This document shows positions 20,066 through 30,067 of a DNA stretch of 64,000 nucleotides, piece by piece. The position numbers were made by a program, and so were the translations under genes. This stretch comes from Deltaproteobacteria bacterium. GTDB taxonomy: Bacteria > Desulfobacterota_D > UBA1144 > Nemesobacterales > UBA2774. The notes below the pieces were generated by a model. It was not told the origin of the DNA. It made no database searches and worked only from the letters and a program-made list of their open reading frames with translations. Numbering within the stretch: the stretch's first letter is position 1; each line of letters begins with the position of its first letter. Location of the stretch: the NCBI GenBank assembly GCA_029262275.1, contig JAJCZS010000033.1:2350-66349 (forward strand). Direction: 5' to 3'.

Positions 20066-21580
20066 TTAGCTTAGCAGTTTTTGGTATATATCTTTGTATG
20101 TTTTTCCTGACTTTCTCCAGGAGAAGTCATTTTTCATAGCTTTGGTTATTAACTTATCCCAAGATTTATTATCCTCGTATACTGAGATTGCTCTTAACAA
20201 AGCATCTAGAAGGCTTACCTTTGAGAATTCATGGAAAATAAACCCATTTCCATTCTTTTTATCCTGGTTATAGTCGACCACAGTATCAAGCAACCCCCCT
20301 GTTCCTCTAACTACAGGGATTGTGCCGTATCTAAGGGCTATTATCTGACTAAGCCCGCAAGGCTCAAAACGAGAAGGCATAACCAACATATCTGAGCCAG
20401 CATAAATTTTTCTCTCTAGTCCTTCACTAGGATTAATTGAGATAGTGAGATTCTTTCTAAACTTTCTATTTGCCCTCCTGACCATTTGCTCAAAACGCAG
20501 ATCTCCCGACCCTACTATTACAACTTGATACCCTAAATCAAAAATCTGAGGTAGTGAATCTAAAAGCAAATCCAGTCCCTTCTGTTCTGTAAGCTTAGAA
20601 ACAAAACACAAAAGAGGTAAATCTTCGCTTTCGTCTAGGTTAAGATCTCTCTTGAGATTAATGGTATTTATGCTTTTTGGGGCAATGTCCTTTGAACTGT
20701 ATTTCTTGTATATGTATTTGTCAGTCTCAGGATTCCAGAGTTCATAATCAATTCCATCTAAAATACCGATCAAATTATTGGACTTTCTGGACACCCATTT
20801 TAATACCGCATCCATTCCGTGGCCATATTCACGCTTTTTTATTTCCTCTGCAAATGTTGGGCTTACAGTTGTTACAAGATTAGAATAGAGGATGGCTCCC
20901 TTGAGCAGGTTAGCCTTGCCATATAACTCAAGCCCCTGTGCGGTAAATAGATAGGCCGGTATGCCAAATTTATCGAGGATTATTTTCTCAAACTGGCCCT
21001 GATATGAAATATTGTGGATAGTGAAAACTATCTTTGTCTCTTTAAAAAATTCGTCGTCTTTTAAATGTTTTCTCCAATTAAGACATATGGGTACAAATGC
21101 TGTCTGCCAGTCGTGGCAATGAATAATGTCTGGCTTGAAATTAAGAGATTTTGCTGCTTCTAGTGCTCCTAAAGAAAGAAAGCCAAACCTAAGATCATTA
21201 TCTTCAAACTCTCCCTTTGGTGTGGCATAGATTTGATCTCTGCCAAAATACTCATCATGTTCTAGTAAGTAAACTGTCACATCTTTATATTTGACCTCGT
21301 AGAGCTCTCCTTCTTCGGCAAGCCAATCTATACAAGTAATTACTCTTTTATCGAGCTTCTTGACCTTTAGTTTGAGATTCCGCAGATTCTTTTTAACTTG
21401 TTTATAGTAAGGTAGTATCACTCGCACATCACAGTCCATTCCCGCAAGTCTTCTAGAAAGCGTACCAATTACTTCCGCCAGCCCACCCACTTTTGCAAAA
21501 GGTTCCATTTCAGAAACTACGAAGAGAATCTTTAATTTATCCTTTTTTGCTTTTGAGACTTTTGATTTTGTGACCGCCAC
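20066..21580 (-). CDS. glgA: Glycogen (starch) synthase, ADP-glucose type
   Basis: 504 aa. N-terminal KVGGLAEV (the KxGGL motif). GT-B fold with a C-terminal E..G(L/S)xQ region. Confidence 0.88.
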   Translation of the reverse strand: MAVTKSKVSKAKKDKLKILFVVSEMEPFAKVGGLAEVIGTLSRRLAGMDCDVRVILPYYKQVKKNLRNLKLKVKKLDKRVITCIDWLAEEGELYEVKYKDVTVYLLEHDEYFGRDQIYATPKGEFEDNDLRFGFLSLGALEAAKSLNFKPDIIHCHDWQTAFVPICLNWRKHLKDDEFFKETKIVFTIHNISYQGQFEKIILDKFGIPAYLFTAQGLELYGKANLLKGAILYSNLVTTVSPTFAEEIKKREYGHGMDAVLKWVSRKSNNLIGILDGIDYELWNPETDKYIYKKYSSKDIAPKSINTINLKRDLNLDESEDLPLLCFVSKLTEQKGLDLLLDSLPQIFDLGYQVVIVGSGDLRFEQMVRRANRKFRKNLTISINPSEGLERKIYAGSDMLVMPSRFEPCGLSQIIALRYGTIPVVRGTGGLLDTVVDYNQDKKNGNGFIFHEFSKVSLLDALLRAISVYEDNKSWDKLITKAMKNDFSWRKSGKTYKDIYQKLLS

Positions 21581-21586
21581 TTTGCA

Positions 21587-22237
21587 CTACTCCTTGTTTA
21601 ATGCGGATACTCTCTCTACTACCTTCTTTGAATTCTCTACTACAGTATCGAATTTGATTTTTTTATCCACTGTAAGAAATGCGCTCGCAAGGCCTACTGC
21701 GCATGCTCCCGCAGCTAGATAATCCATAAAATTATCATAATTCACACCGCCCGTGGTCATTATCTGGGCAAATGGCAGTGGATCTTTAATTGCTTTTACG
21801 TATGAGGGACCGCCTACAGCACTTGCAGGAAATACTTTTACCATATCTACTCCTAGCTTCCATGCATTCACTATTTCTGATGATGTTAGCGCGCCTTGTA
21901 TGGTAGGCACGCGTTCGGCTTTTGCTAACTCTACAATTTCTTCATCTGTATGTGGAGAGACCAAAAAACTTGCACCAGCGTCAAGTGCCCTCTGTGCCAT
22001 TTTAACATCAAGCAATGTTCCCGCCCCTACAATAATATCATCTATTTTGCTAATCTCGGCTATTACCCTCTCTACTCTAGAGAATGAAAAGGTAATCTCA
22101 ATTATCTTAATTCCGCCCTCTATACAGCCCCTTGCAAATTCAAGAGCTTTATCCGGAGTCTCCGCCTTTATTACAGCTATAACCTTATTCTTTTTTATCT
22201 CTTCTAAAGTATTCACTTTGATTAAGTTAACAGACAT
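21587..22237 (-). CDS. eda: KDPG/KHG aldolase (Eda family)
   Basis: 216 aa. Motifs IEITF..., KVFPA and a C-terminal GACAVG(L)AS match 2-dehydro-3-deoxyphosphogluconate aldolase. Confidence 0.8.
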   Translation of the reverse strand: MSVNLIKVNTLEEIKKNKVIAVIKAETPDKALEFARGCIEGGIKIIEITFSFSRVERVIAEISKIDDIIVGAGTLLDVKMAQRALDAGASFLVSPHTDEEIVELAKAERVPTIQGALTSSEIVNAWKLGVDMVKVFPASAVGGPSYVKAIKDPLPFAQIMTTGGVNYDNFMDYLAAGACAVGLASAFLTVDKKIKFDTVVENSKKVVERVSALNKE

Positions 22238-22378
22238 CCGCTTATTGTTTCAAGTACATACAAAGAATTAGCTTCTATTATATGCTTTCAGAGCATAAAC
22301 AGGAGAAATTAAGTCTATAATTAAGCAAACATCCCATACTTGCTGGAACTTTATAGATTTATCGGATAAAATGTTGGT

Positions 22379-22825
22379 ATGGATAACAAGATTATTCAAG
22401 AAAGAGTGAACGAGTTTATAGAGCGCAGCAAAGATCTTGGGATTAAGGTTACCCCTCAGAGAACTGCCATATATAGGGAGCTTGCAAGTACAGACCAACA
22501 CCCTAGCACTGAGGTTATCTATAAAAAGATTAAGGATTACTATCCTAATATCTCGCTCACTACTGTTTATAGAACTTTAGAAACTTTTGAAAAGCTAGGT
22601 CTTATCTCAGTTGTGAATGTTCTATATAATGCTGCCCGTTATGATGCTAATCTCTCACCTCATCACCATATCGTATGTACTGAGTGCAAGAAGGTGGAAG
22701 ATGTGTACGATGAATCTCTTAATAACTTAGATGTATCCAATAAAACCTTGGGCGACTATACAGTCGAAGGCTACTCACTTCTTCTAAGCGGTAAATGCTC
22801 AAGCTGTAGTGCTAGAAACAATTAA
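22379..22825 (+). CDS. Fur-family transcriptional regulator (Fur/PerR/Zur)
   Basis: 148 aa. N-terminal winged helix (TPQRTAIY...HPSTEVIYKK). HHH metal site and paired CxxC motifs (CTEC...CSSC). Confidence 0.85.
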   Translation: MDNKIIQERVNEFIERSKDLGIKVTPQRTAIYRELASTDQHPSTEVIYKKIKDYYPNISLTTVYRTLETFEKLGLISVVNVLYNAARYDANLSPHHHIVCTECKKVEDVYDESLNNLDVSNKTLGDYTVEGYSLLLSGKCSSCSARNN

Positions 22826-22866
22826 CTCTATCCCTTAGATTCACTCTTAAGTATAATTTCTTAATA

Positions 22867-23772
22867 ATGACATATAAACTACGCAAGGATTGCATGGGCT
22901 ATTCTTTGGCTTTGGAAATAACTAAAAATCGATATTTAGAATATAAAACTGCTGAAATTGTTTTAAGTAATTGCTTAGCGATAGAAGAAAAATATGAAAT
23001 GGTTCTATCTAATTATCTAGAATTTGAAAAGGAAGTTATAAATGCTTCTACATCAGATATGGTAAGAGAATACATCGAATATAAAGATAGGTTTGACGTC
23101 CGAATAGCACTTAACACTCGGCTTCTAAATTTGTTATCATCCGTTAGATTATATGCGGATCAGATAAGTCAGAATGTTAGTAAGATTGTTCCTGGACAAA
23201 TCAATATAAATAATGACGTTAAAGCTTTATTTTCTGAAGAGTATAATCAAAAATTTGAATTCCGTTTTATGGAAGCTTTAAGAAATTATACACAACATAA
23301 TGCAATGCCAATACACTTCGGGAAATTTTATAGAGAAAAAAAGTCTGTTGGAGAAGAAGATTTCTTTCAGTATTCGATAAATATTTATTCGCTAAAGTCT
23401 TATCTTAGTGAAGATGACACTTTTAAGAAAACAATTTTAGAAGAAATGGATGAAGAAATTAATCTTACTTTAGCTGCTAGATCTTATGTAGGGTCTATAA
23501 GTAATGTACATGATTCAATAAGAGGGATTGTTAAAGAAATTGTATTGCCTGCACGAGAATTACTAGAAAATGCACATAATGAATACTCGAAAGAGAGTGG
23601 AGAAGATAGTAACAAATATATAGGCCTTATAGCATATAAGGATGAGGGAATTCAGGAAATTGAACCTGTTAAATTATTATTAGATCGAGATGATATCCGC
23701 ATCAAACTACAAGAAAGAAACCGCAAAATTACAAATTTAGAGAAAAAATATGTTAGTGGAATAAGCAAGTAA
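22867..23772 (+). CDS. Hypothetical protein with HEPN-type R-N-x3-H motif (possible DUF4145/Abi-like)
   Basis: 301 aa. Central EALRNYTQHNA matches the HEPN Rx4-6H (RNxxxH) signature. The gene is visibly more AT-rich than its neighbours. No other family recognised. Confidence 0.5.
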   Translation: MTYKLRKDCMGYSLALEITKNRYLEYKTAEIVLSNCLAIEEKYEMVLSNYLEFEKEVINASTSDMVREYIEYKDRFDVRIALNTRLLNLLSSVRLYADQISQNVSKIVPGQININNDVKALFSEEYNQKFEFRFMEALRNYTQHNAMPIHFGKFYREKKSVGEEDFFQYSINIYSLKSYLSEDDTFKKTILEEMDEEINLTLAARSYVGSISNVHDSIRGIVKEIVLPARELLENAHNEYSKESGEDSNKYIGLIAYKDEGIQEIEPVKLLLDRDDIRIKLQERNRKITNLEKKYVSGISK

Positions 23773-23821
23773 CAGAAAGATTAGTATTACAAATCAAGAT
23801 AAGTATAAAAAGAGGGATTCT

Positions 23822-25132
23822 ATGAGTATTCCCAAGGGACTTGATGTAGCACTTAATTTTGGATTTATGGACTCTATCTTCACCCGCAGATCCAGGCGTT
23901 TTGGTCTTGGGATGGAGATAAAGGAAGGAACCCTAAAACATAAATCGGCTCACAAGCCCGTGCCTCTTACAGAGCTAGAAGAAGCTTTTCTGATCTGGTC
24001 AGGCACTGGGATGACAGGGCTTTCCCTGGGAGATCTTCCAAGAACAGGGATATCATGGCTCTTTCAATGGACTGGAAGAAGCTGGCCATGCTCATGCAAC
24101 TCACATTCTACTGAGCTTTTTTATACTAACGATGACGGTGTCTATATGGTAAAGCTCCACGACGCAATGCCAGAGCCCGGAGAGACATCAATATTTCATG
24201 GAATATCTGAGGAAGAGAAACTTGAGAAGGTGCTTAAACTCTTTAGAGGCAGCCTAGTAAAACTTGAAGACGGTAGAGCTGATCTGCCCAAAGGAGAGCC
24301 TGGGCTATTTGATTTCAATGCCTGGAACTGTAACCAGCCTGGAACCTCGTTTTTTGTACCTGTAACAAATACAACAATTGAATATATGGTTCTACTCTTT
24401 ATATACTTTGGTGCAAAATATGCATTTAACATAGTGGATGAGCTAAATGGCGGCAGATCCTGTGGACTCGACAAATGGATTGAAAAAGGATATATCCGAA
24501 AAGACGTTGAGCTCTCACTTTTTGATCTGGAGCTAAGAGTACTTACAACACTCAACGTCGAGCAAGCCTTTATATGTCAGAACATGAATCTGGCGCTTCA
24601 AACACTTGGGCTTGGAGGATGGGCATTCACTGGGCTACTTCCCCATTATGCACTAGGTGTACATCCGGATTTCAAGGGACTAGGTTTTAGGTTTACTCAT
24701 CCTGAGAAAACACTCAGGAGCTCAAAACCACCCGTGCCAGTTGGACGAGACGGGGTCTTTGAAGCGCTGTGTCCACCATATGTAGATAATATGAGAGATG
24801 CTGTAGACAAATTCCTTGAGCAAAGAGGGCATTTTTGGGAAGAGGACAACCCCTACCCTTATCAAGACCCCCAAGGTGTGCTCGAGGACGAATATCATCC
24901 AAGCGAGGTAAGGATCGAGATAGTTAAGGATTTCTGCACTTATGTCTTTGAGAACTATGGACGCTTCCCTGCTTTTTTAGATCCTATGTTTGCCAGGCTC
25001 GTGTTTCAAGCCCACCATCTGGACTTGGATTTTTATGATAAATACTACAACGAAGGTGCTTATACAGAAGTTCATAAAAATCACTTTCATCTCTGGCATC
25101 CAGATATGGACGATCCTTTTGATAAAAAGTAA
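23822..25132 (+). CDS. Hypothetical protein with N-terminal nitroreductase/SagB-like signature (TRRSRRF)
   Basis: 436 aa. Motif FTRRSRRFGLG near the N-terminus resembles the nitroreductase/SagB-type dehydrogenase RRSxRxF. The rest is not assignable by eye. Confidence 0.5.
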   Translation: MSIPKGLDVALNFGFMDSIFTRRSRRFGLGMEIKEGTLKHKSAHKPVPLTELEEAFLIWSGTGMTGLSLGDLPRTGISWLFQWTGRSWPCSCNSHSTELFYTNDDGVYMVKLHDAMPEPGETSIFHGISEEEKLEKVLKLFRGSLVKLEDGRADLPKGEPGLFDFNAWNCNQPGTSFFVPVTNTTIEYMVLLFIYFGAKYAFNIVDELNGGRSCGLDKWIEKGYIRKDVELSLFDLELRVLTTLNVEQAFICQNMNLALQTLGLGGWAFTGLLPHYALGVHPDFKGLGFRFTHPEKTLRSSKPPVPVGRDGVFEALCPPYVDNMRDAVDKFLEQRGHFWEEDNPYPYQDPQGVLEDEYHPSEVRIEIVKDFCTYVFENYGRFPAFLDPMFARLVFQAHHLDLDFYDKYYNEGAYTEVHKNHFHLWHPDMDDPFDKK

Positions 25133-25442
25133 TCTTGGACTAAAACACTATCTTGACTCTAAAGCATTGTATTAATGGGTAAAATGGTTTAGTCTTATCT
25201 CAGAAAAACAATTGAAATAATATATGGTATGGAACAGGTAAAAACATAAAGCAGCACTATGAAGTAATAGATTTAACTGAAGTCTTCTTATTTAATTCTT
25301 CTTTATGCCCTCTTAATCCTTCAAACACTTTGAACGATTCTGATGAGATGTGGAGAAGTATATTAAAATCTACTTATGAGCTGCACACTCACAAAACTTG
25401 TGAAATCACATTTCTAAGTCTACATAAACCTAAGGGGTATAT

Positions 25443-27056
25443 ATGCGAAAACTGAGAGTAGGAATTATTGATTTTATTACTAAATCTCCAAACAAATCAA
25501 TCTGGGCACGCATGATGCATGCAAATCTAGCGGGACTTATGCCCCAAGTTGTTGCTGTCTGGTGTGAGGAGATGGGTCATGATGTTCAATTATTTTCATT
25601 TACAGGATGCGAAGAACTAAAAACAGATACCCCTAAAGATATTGATATCGTTTTCATTAGCGCTTTTACTCAATCCGCAATACAAGCATATGCACTTAGC
25701 AATTTATATCGTTCACAAGGAATTATAACAGTTCTAGGCGGCCCTCACGCGCGTTGTTACCCTGAGGATGCTCAAAAATATTTTGATTATGTTCTTGGGC
25801 TTACAGATAAAGAAACTATTAGAGAAGTCTTAGAAGAACGTACCCCAAGTATAGAGCTTGGAAGATGTATTTCTGCCGCGCAGCAGCCGACATACCTGCC
25901 AGGAATACGTGAGCGCTGGAAATATATTGAGTTTGCTCTTAGAAAAGCACCTTGGGTAAAGATGGTTCCAATGATAGGAAGCCTGGGATGTCCATATACT
26001 TGCAGTTTTTGTATAGATGCAGACGTAGCTTATCAACCACTTGAGTTTGAAGCTATGAAAGAGGATTTGAAATTTGTCAGAACTAAATACAAGCGCCCTG
26101 TTGTTAGCTGGTATGATCCTAATTTCGGGGTTAGATTCGATGATTATATGAACGTTATTGAAGAGGCTGTTCCTATGAACAGTATAGACTTCATAGCAGA
26201 GAGCAGTCTTTCGCTTTTATCAGAGCCACACTTAAAACGCCTACAAGCCAATGGATTTAAGGCTATTTTACCAGGAATCGAATCTTGGTATGATATGGCC
26301 AATAAGTCTAAAACTGGCAAAAAACAAGGTATGGATAAGGTTGAAGTTGTCTCTGAGCATGTAAACATGATTCTCAGATACCTACCTTATATACAAACTA
26401 ACTTTGTTCTTGGACTAGATTGCGACGATGGACCAGACTCCTTTGAGTTAACTAAAAAGTTTGTAGATATGTCCCCTGCTGCATTTCCAGCCTTCCCTCT
26501 TTTAACATCATTTGGGGAAGCAGCTCCATTAAATCTTCAATATCAGGGAGAGGGAAGAGTACTTCCATTTCCGTTTCACTTCCTAAACAATAACCACGCC
26601 ATGAATGTTAGGCCTGTTAATAGTAGCTGGCCTGTAATGTATGACCGTATTATTAGCCTTGTAGAACATTCTTTTTCTTGGTCGGCAATTTGGAATAGGT
26701 TCATAGAAACTAAAACAACTTTTCCAAAGGCTCTCAATTTTGTTCGTGCTGTCTCCACTGAGGGGTTTGGCAGAATGAAATTCTATAGAGAAATTAGAAG
26801 ACGTCTAGACGAGGACAGACAGTTTAGAGATTTCTTTGAAGGTGAGACAACTGTTGTTCCTGAGTTCTATATTGATCTTATGAAAAAAGACCTTGGACCG
26901 CTATGGGAGTGGCTGCCTGAGGGAGCTATCTATCACGATCAAAACGCATATTATAAGAAAGATATGGAAAGAAAAAGAAAGATAGCCGAGGAAAAAACAG
27001 TAGAGGCACCTCTTGATAAAAAAGTTGCACAAGCTACTCAAAGGATTTCTGCTTGA
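25443..27056 (+). CDS. B12-binding-domain radical SAM protein (class B, BchE/HpnJ-like)
   Basis: 537 aa. N-terminal cobalamin-binding-like domain (VLGGPHA) followed by a CX3CX2C radical SAM motif (GCPYTCSFC). Long C-terminal extension. Confidence 0.8.
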   Translation: MRKLRVGIIDFITKSPNKSIWARMMHANLAGLMPQVVAVWCEEMGHDVQLFSFTGCEELKTDTPKDIDIVFISAFTQSAIQAYALSNLYRSQGIITVLGGPHARCYPEDAQKYFDYVLGLTDKETIREVLEERTPSIELGRCISAAQQPTYLPGIRERWKYIEFALRKAPWVKMVPMIGSLGCPYTCSFCIDADVAYQPLEFEAMKEDLKFVRTKYKRPVVSWYDPNFGVRFDDYMNVIEEAVPMNSIDFIAESSLSLLSEPHLKRLQANGFKAILPGIESWYDMANKSKTGKKQGMDKVEVVSEHVNMILRYLPYIQTNFVLGLDCDDGPDSFELTKKFVDMSPAAFPAFPLLTSFGEAAPLNLQYQGEGRVLPFPFHFLNNNHAMNVRPVNSSWPVMYDRIISLVEHSFSWSAIWNRFIETKTTFPKALNFVRAVSTEGFGRMKFYREIRRRLDEDRQFRDFFEGETTVVPEFYIDLMKKDLGPLWEWLPEGAIYHDQNAYYKKDMERKRKIAEEKTVEAPLDKKVAQATQRISA

Positions 27057-27066
27057 TAATTCGGCA

Positions 27067-28110
27067 CTAAGTGCTGAGTTGTTTATCTATAACTAAGACC
27101 TTAGCACCTTTAATCTTGCCCTCTTTTAATTCACATATAGCCTTATTTGCGTCTTCTAAGGAGTATTCTTCTATCTCAGGTTTAATAGGTATCTGAGAGG
27201 CTAGTGCAAGAAACTCCTTAACATCGGCTCTACTTACATTTGCTACACTCTTTATCTCTTTTTCCATCCATAGATCTCTGGAGTAGTCGATATTAAGAAG
27301 GGCTTCTTTATCAACCCCCTCTTTTCTAATCGCATTTATAACCAGCCGACCCTCAGTATTTAGATTTTTAAGAGCCTCTACAACAGGTTTCCATACCGGG
27401 GTTGTATCAATTATCGCATCTAACCTCTTAGGTGCTAATTCATCTGTGTTGCCTGCCCAGAGGGCTCCAAGATCTTTTGAGAACTCTCTTTCTTTCTCGC
27501 TTCTAGCAAATACATAAACATTGGAATTAGGATAGAGGTATTTTGCCATTTTAATCACCAAATGTGCCGATGCTCCAAACCCAGTGAGGCCTAAGCTTTG
27601 ACCGTCCCTTATTCCTGCTAGTCTTAATGATCTATATCCAATTGCTCCTGCACAAAGAAGTGGCGCTGCCTCGCTATCTGTAAACACCTCCGGGATTTTA
27701 TAGGCGAAGTCTTGAGAAACTGCAATATACTCTGCATATCCTCCGTTATGGTCCCGGCCGGTTGCCTGAAAATCAGGACACAAGTTGTCATTTCCTTCTT
27801 TGCAGTATCGACACTCACCGCAGGTGGAATATATCCATGCTACCCCTACTCTATCACCTACACTAAAGTTGCTTGAGCCACCTCCCACCTCTTCAACTAC
27901 ACCCACGACCTGGTGCCCAAGCACTGTAGGAAATTCCGGCGGCGGTGTGCGACCTTCTATTTCATCAAGCTCAGTATGACAAACACCGCAGACTGAAATA
28001 TGGATCAGAATTTCACCAATTTTCGGAACTGGTTTTGGAATTTCAGTTAATTTAAGGGGTGACTTGTTATTATTGAGATCGGTTATGTTCTCTAAGATCA
28101 TAGCTTTCAT
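27067..28110 (-). CDS. Zinc-dependent alcohol dehydrogenase (MDR family)
   Basis: 347 aa. Catalytic zinc motif GVCHTELDEIEG, structural zinc Cys cluster (CGECRYCKEGNDNLC), Rossmann GxGxxG (LTGFGASAH). Confidence 0.85.
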   Translation of the reverse strand: MKAMILENITDLNNNKSPLKLTEIPKPVPKIGEILIHISVCGVCHTELDEIEGRTPPPEFPTVLGHQVVGVVEEVGGGSSNFSVGDRVGVAWIYSTCGECRYCKEGNDNLCPDFQATGRDHNGGYAEYIAVSQDFAYKIPEVFTDSEAAPLLCAGAIGYRSLRLAGIRDGQSLGLTGFGASAHLVIKMAKYLYPNSNVYVFARSEKEREFSKDLGALWAGNTDELAPKRLDAIIDTTPVWKPVVEALKNLNTEGRLVINAIRKEGVDKEALLNIDYSRDLWMEKEIKSVANVSRADVKEFLALASQIPIKPEIEEYSLEDANKAICELKEGKIKGAKVLVIDKQLST

Positions 28111-28252
28111 AATGTTTATAAACCTTCTCTTTAGAATCTGATATATTGTTATTATATCGTGGATTAGAAAATAATAAGTGATTTTCTCTCTTGTGTAGTA
28201 AACTATAGTAGCAATACTATTATACTAATTACAATTTAGGAGGAGTTATCAG

Positions 28253-29122
28253 TTGATTAAAAAAATTCTATGGGCTTCAGACGGCTCACCAGATTCATTA
28301 GATGCTCTTGATTACGTTAGAGACATTGCTAATACATGCAAAGCAGAAACTGTAGGTTTATACGTAATTCCAGACTATTTTGAAGTTGATGTTAAAGACC
28401 AGTTTCCTGAGCAAGAATATGATCTTATCGCTAAATGGATTAAAGAAACCGAATCTAAAGAAAGTGATAGACTAAATGACATAGCACGTGAATTTGAGTC
28501 TAAAGGTCTTAGTTTTAAAACTCAGATTGTCCAGGGTGTTCCGCACCTTCAAATTATACAAGCAGCAGAGGAAGCAGGGGCAGACCTGATAGTTCTAGGA
28601 AAGGGAAGAGCTCAAGAAAAAGTACTCCTTGGAGCCACCGCTTTGAAAGTAATAAGACGCTCTCCCATACCTGTGATGGTAGCTAGAAAAAAAGAAGGCC
28701 CACTTAGAATTAAAAACATACTTGTCCCTACAGATCTTTTTAATATTGCTTCCAGAGACTTACTGCTTTCAACAGGGCTAGCCGAGTATTTAGATCTAGA
28801 TATAACAAGTCTAAATATTGTAGAAATAGGCAACAAAAAATATCCTCCAGAAGTGGTTGAACGCCTGCGTGGTAATTCATACAATAACCTTACCAAAAAA
28901 GTAAACGAAGCTAATCTTGGTATCAAAGTAAACACTGTTGTTAAGACGGGAAAAAATGCTTGCAAAGGTATAATCACATATGCCTCAGAAAATGATATAG
29001 ATATTATTTTTATGAATACCTACGGCGGCGGTGAATTCCGGAGAGAAGAATTTATTGGCAGTGTGGCGGAAAGAGTTATACAAGAGGCACCCTGCCCTGT
29101 AATTACAGTTAAGCCTGAATAA
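28253..29122 (+). CDS. Universal stress protein, tandem UspA domains
   Basis: 289 aa with two UspA-like halves (ILWASDGSP...; ILVPTDL...). ATP-binding-like G-x2-G-x9-G(S/T) regions. Confidence 0.85.
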   Translation: MIKKILWASDGSPDSLDALDYVRDIANTCKAETVGLYVIPDYFEVDVKDQFPEQEYDLIAKWIKETESKESDRLNDIAREFESKGLSFKTQIVQGVPHLQIIQAAEEAGADLIVLGKGRAQEKVLLGATALKVIRRSPIPVMVARKKEGPLRIKNILVPTDLFNIASRDLLLSTGLAEYLDLDITSLNIVEIGNKKYPPEVVERLRGNSYNNLTKKVNEANLGIKVNTVVKTGKNACKGIITYASENDIDIIFMNTYGGGEFRREEFIGSVAERVIQEAPCPVITVKPE

Positions 29123-29147
29123 AAAACATTTTACAGGAGGCAGCATA

Positions 29148-30056
29148 ATGAAAAAAATACTTTGGGCAACAGATGGTTCTCCAGAAGCAGAGAAGTCTTT
29201 TGAATATGCAAAGTATTTAGCCATCAAATCAAAAGCGGAAATACTTGGTGTACACGTTGTTCCTCTGCCTGTAGAATTGCTCTATGAGAATCTTAGAAAA
29301 GCTAATGACCATATAGATACATGGAGATTAAATATTGAGAATAGTGCTGCCGATAGGTTTGAGAAAATTTCAAAAGAGCTAGACAAAGTAGGTGTTCAAT
29401 TTGACGGAGTCATTCTCAAAGGTAGACCAAGTGATAAAATTAGAGAGATAGCAAAAAGAAAGAAAGCTGACTTAGTAGTATTGGGTAAACATGGCCATGG
29501 TTTTTTTGAATCTATGGTGGCAGGAAGTGAAACTATTAAAGTTCTTAAAGGCTCTCATATTCCTGTTTTAGCTGTTAAAAGTAAAAACAAAAAAGATAGA
29601 GCTGAATTTAAGAATATATTAGTTCCGATTGATCTTACAGAATGCAGTGATTCGGCAGTTCTCTATGCTTTAAACATTGCACAGCTCACTGGGGCAAGAG
29701 TTAGAGTCGTATATATCCTCAGGTTAGATATGTACGCTCAAGATATACCTTCTGGGGCCTTAGAGATGGTTATTGAACAATCAGAGAAAGCTTTGGATAA
29801 AAGAGTAGCTAAAATCAAAAAAACTTATGAGAAGAGAAAGAGTGCATCAAAAAATATAAAAATCACTCATGAAGTTACGCATGGGATGACTGAGGCTGCT
29901 ACAATCTCACAATATGCGCAGAAACACAATACAGATCTTATAGTAATACACACACATGGTAGAGCTGGAATAAAACGTTTTCTACTTGGAAGTGTAACGG
30001 AGAGAGTGATTTCTAGCTCTAAATGTTCTGTCTTGGCTATGAGACCAGAAGAATAG
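29148..30056 (+). CDS. Universal stress protein, tandem UspA domains (paralog)
   Basis: 302 aa, same two-domain layout as the upstream gene (ILWATDGSPEAE...; ILVPIDLTECS...GSVTERV). Confidence 0.85.
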   Translation: MKKILWATDGSPEAEKSFEYAKYLAIKSKAEILGVHVVPLPVELLYENLRKANDHIDTWRLNIENSAADRFEKISKELDKVGVQFDGVILKGRPSDKIREIAKRKKADLVVLGKHGHGFFESMVAGSETIKVLKGSHIPVLAVKSKNKKDRAEFKNILVPIDLTECSDSAVLYALNIAQLTGARVRVVYILRLDMYAQDIPSGALEMVIEQSEKALDKRVAKIKKTYEKRKSASKNIKITHEVTHGMTEAATISQYAQKHNTDLIVIHTHGRAGIKRFLLGSVTERVISSSKCSVLAMRPEE

Positions 30057-30067
30057 ATCTTTAGACA

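Noticed and set aside
21753-22271. 172-aa plus-strand ORF antisense to eda
   Set aside because: Ser/Ala/Thr/Ile-rich low-information translation with no RBS. The opposite-strand gene has clear KDPG-aldolase motifs.
22238-22378. Searched for a Fur box upstream of the Fur-family gene (TTATCGGATAAAATG-like sequence near 22355)
   Set aside because: Only a weak resemblance to the GATAATGATAATCATTATC consensus. Not reportable as a site.
25133-25442. 13-codon mini-ORF (MSCTLTKLVKSHF) about 25 bp upstream of the B12 radical SAM gene, considered as a possible RiPP precursor
   Set aside because: It has no RBS and is too short. There is no leader-like region or accompanying RiPP machinery. It is mentioned only because class B radical SAM enzymes sometimes modify peptides.
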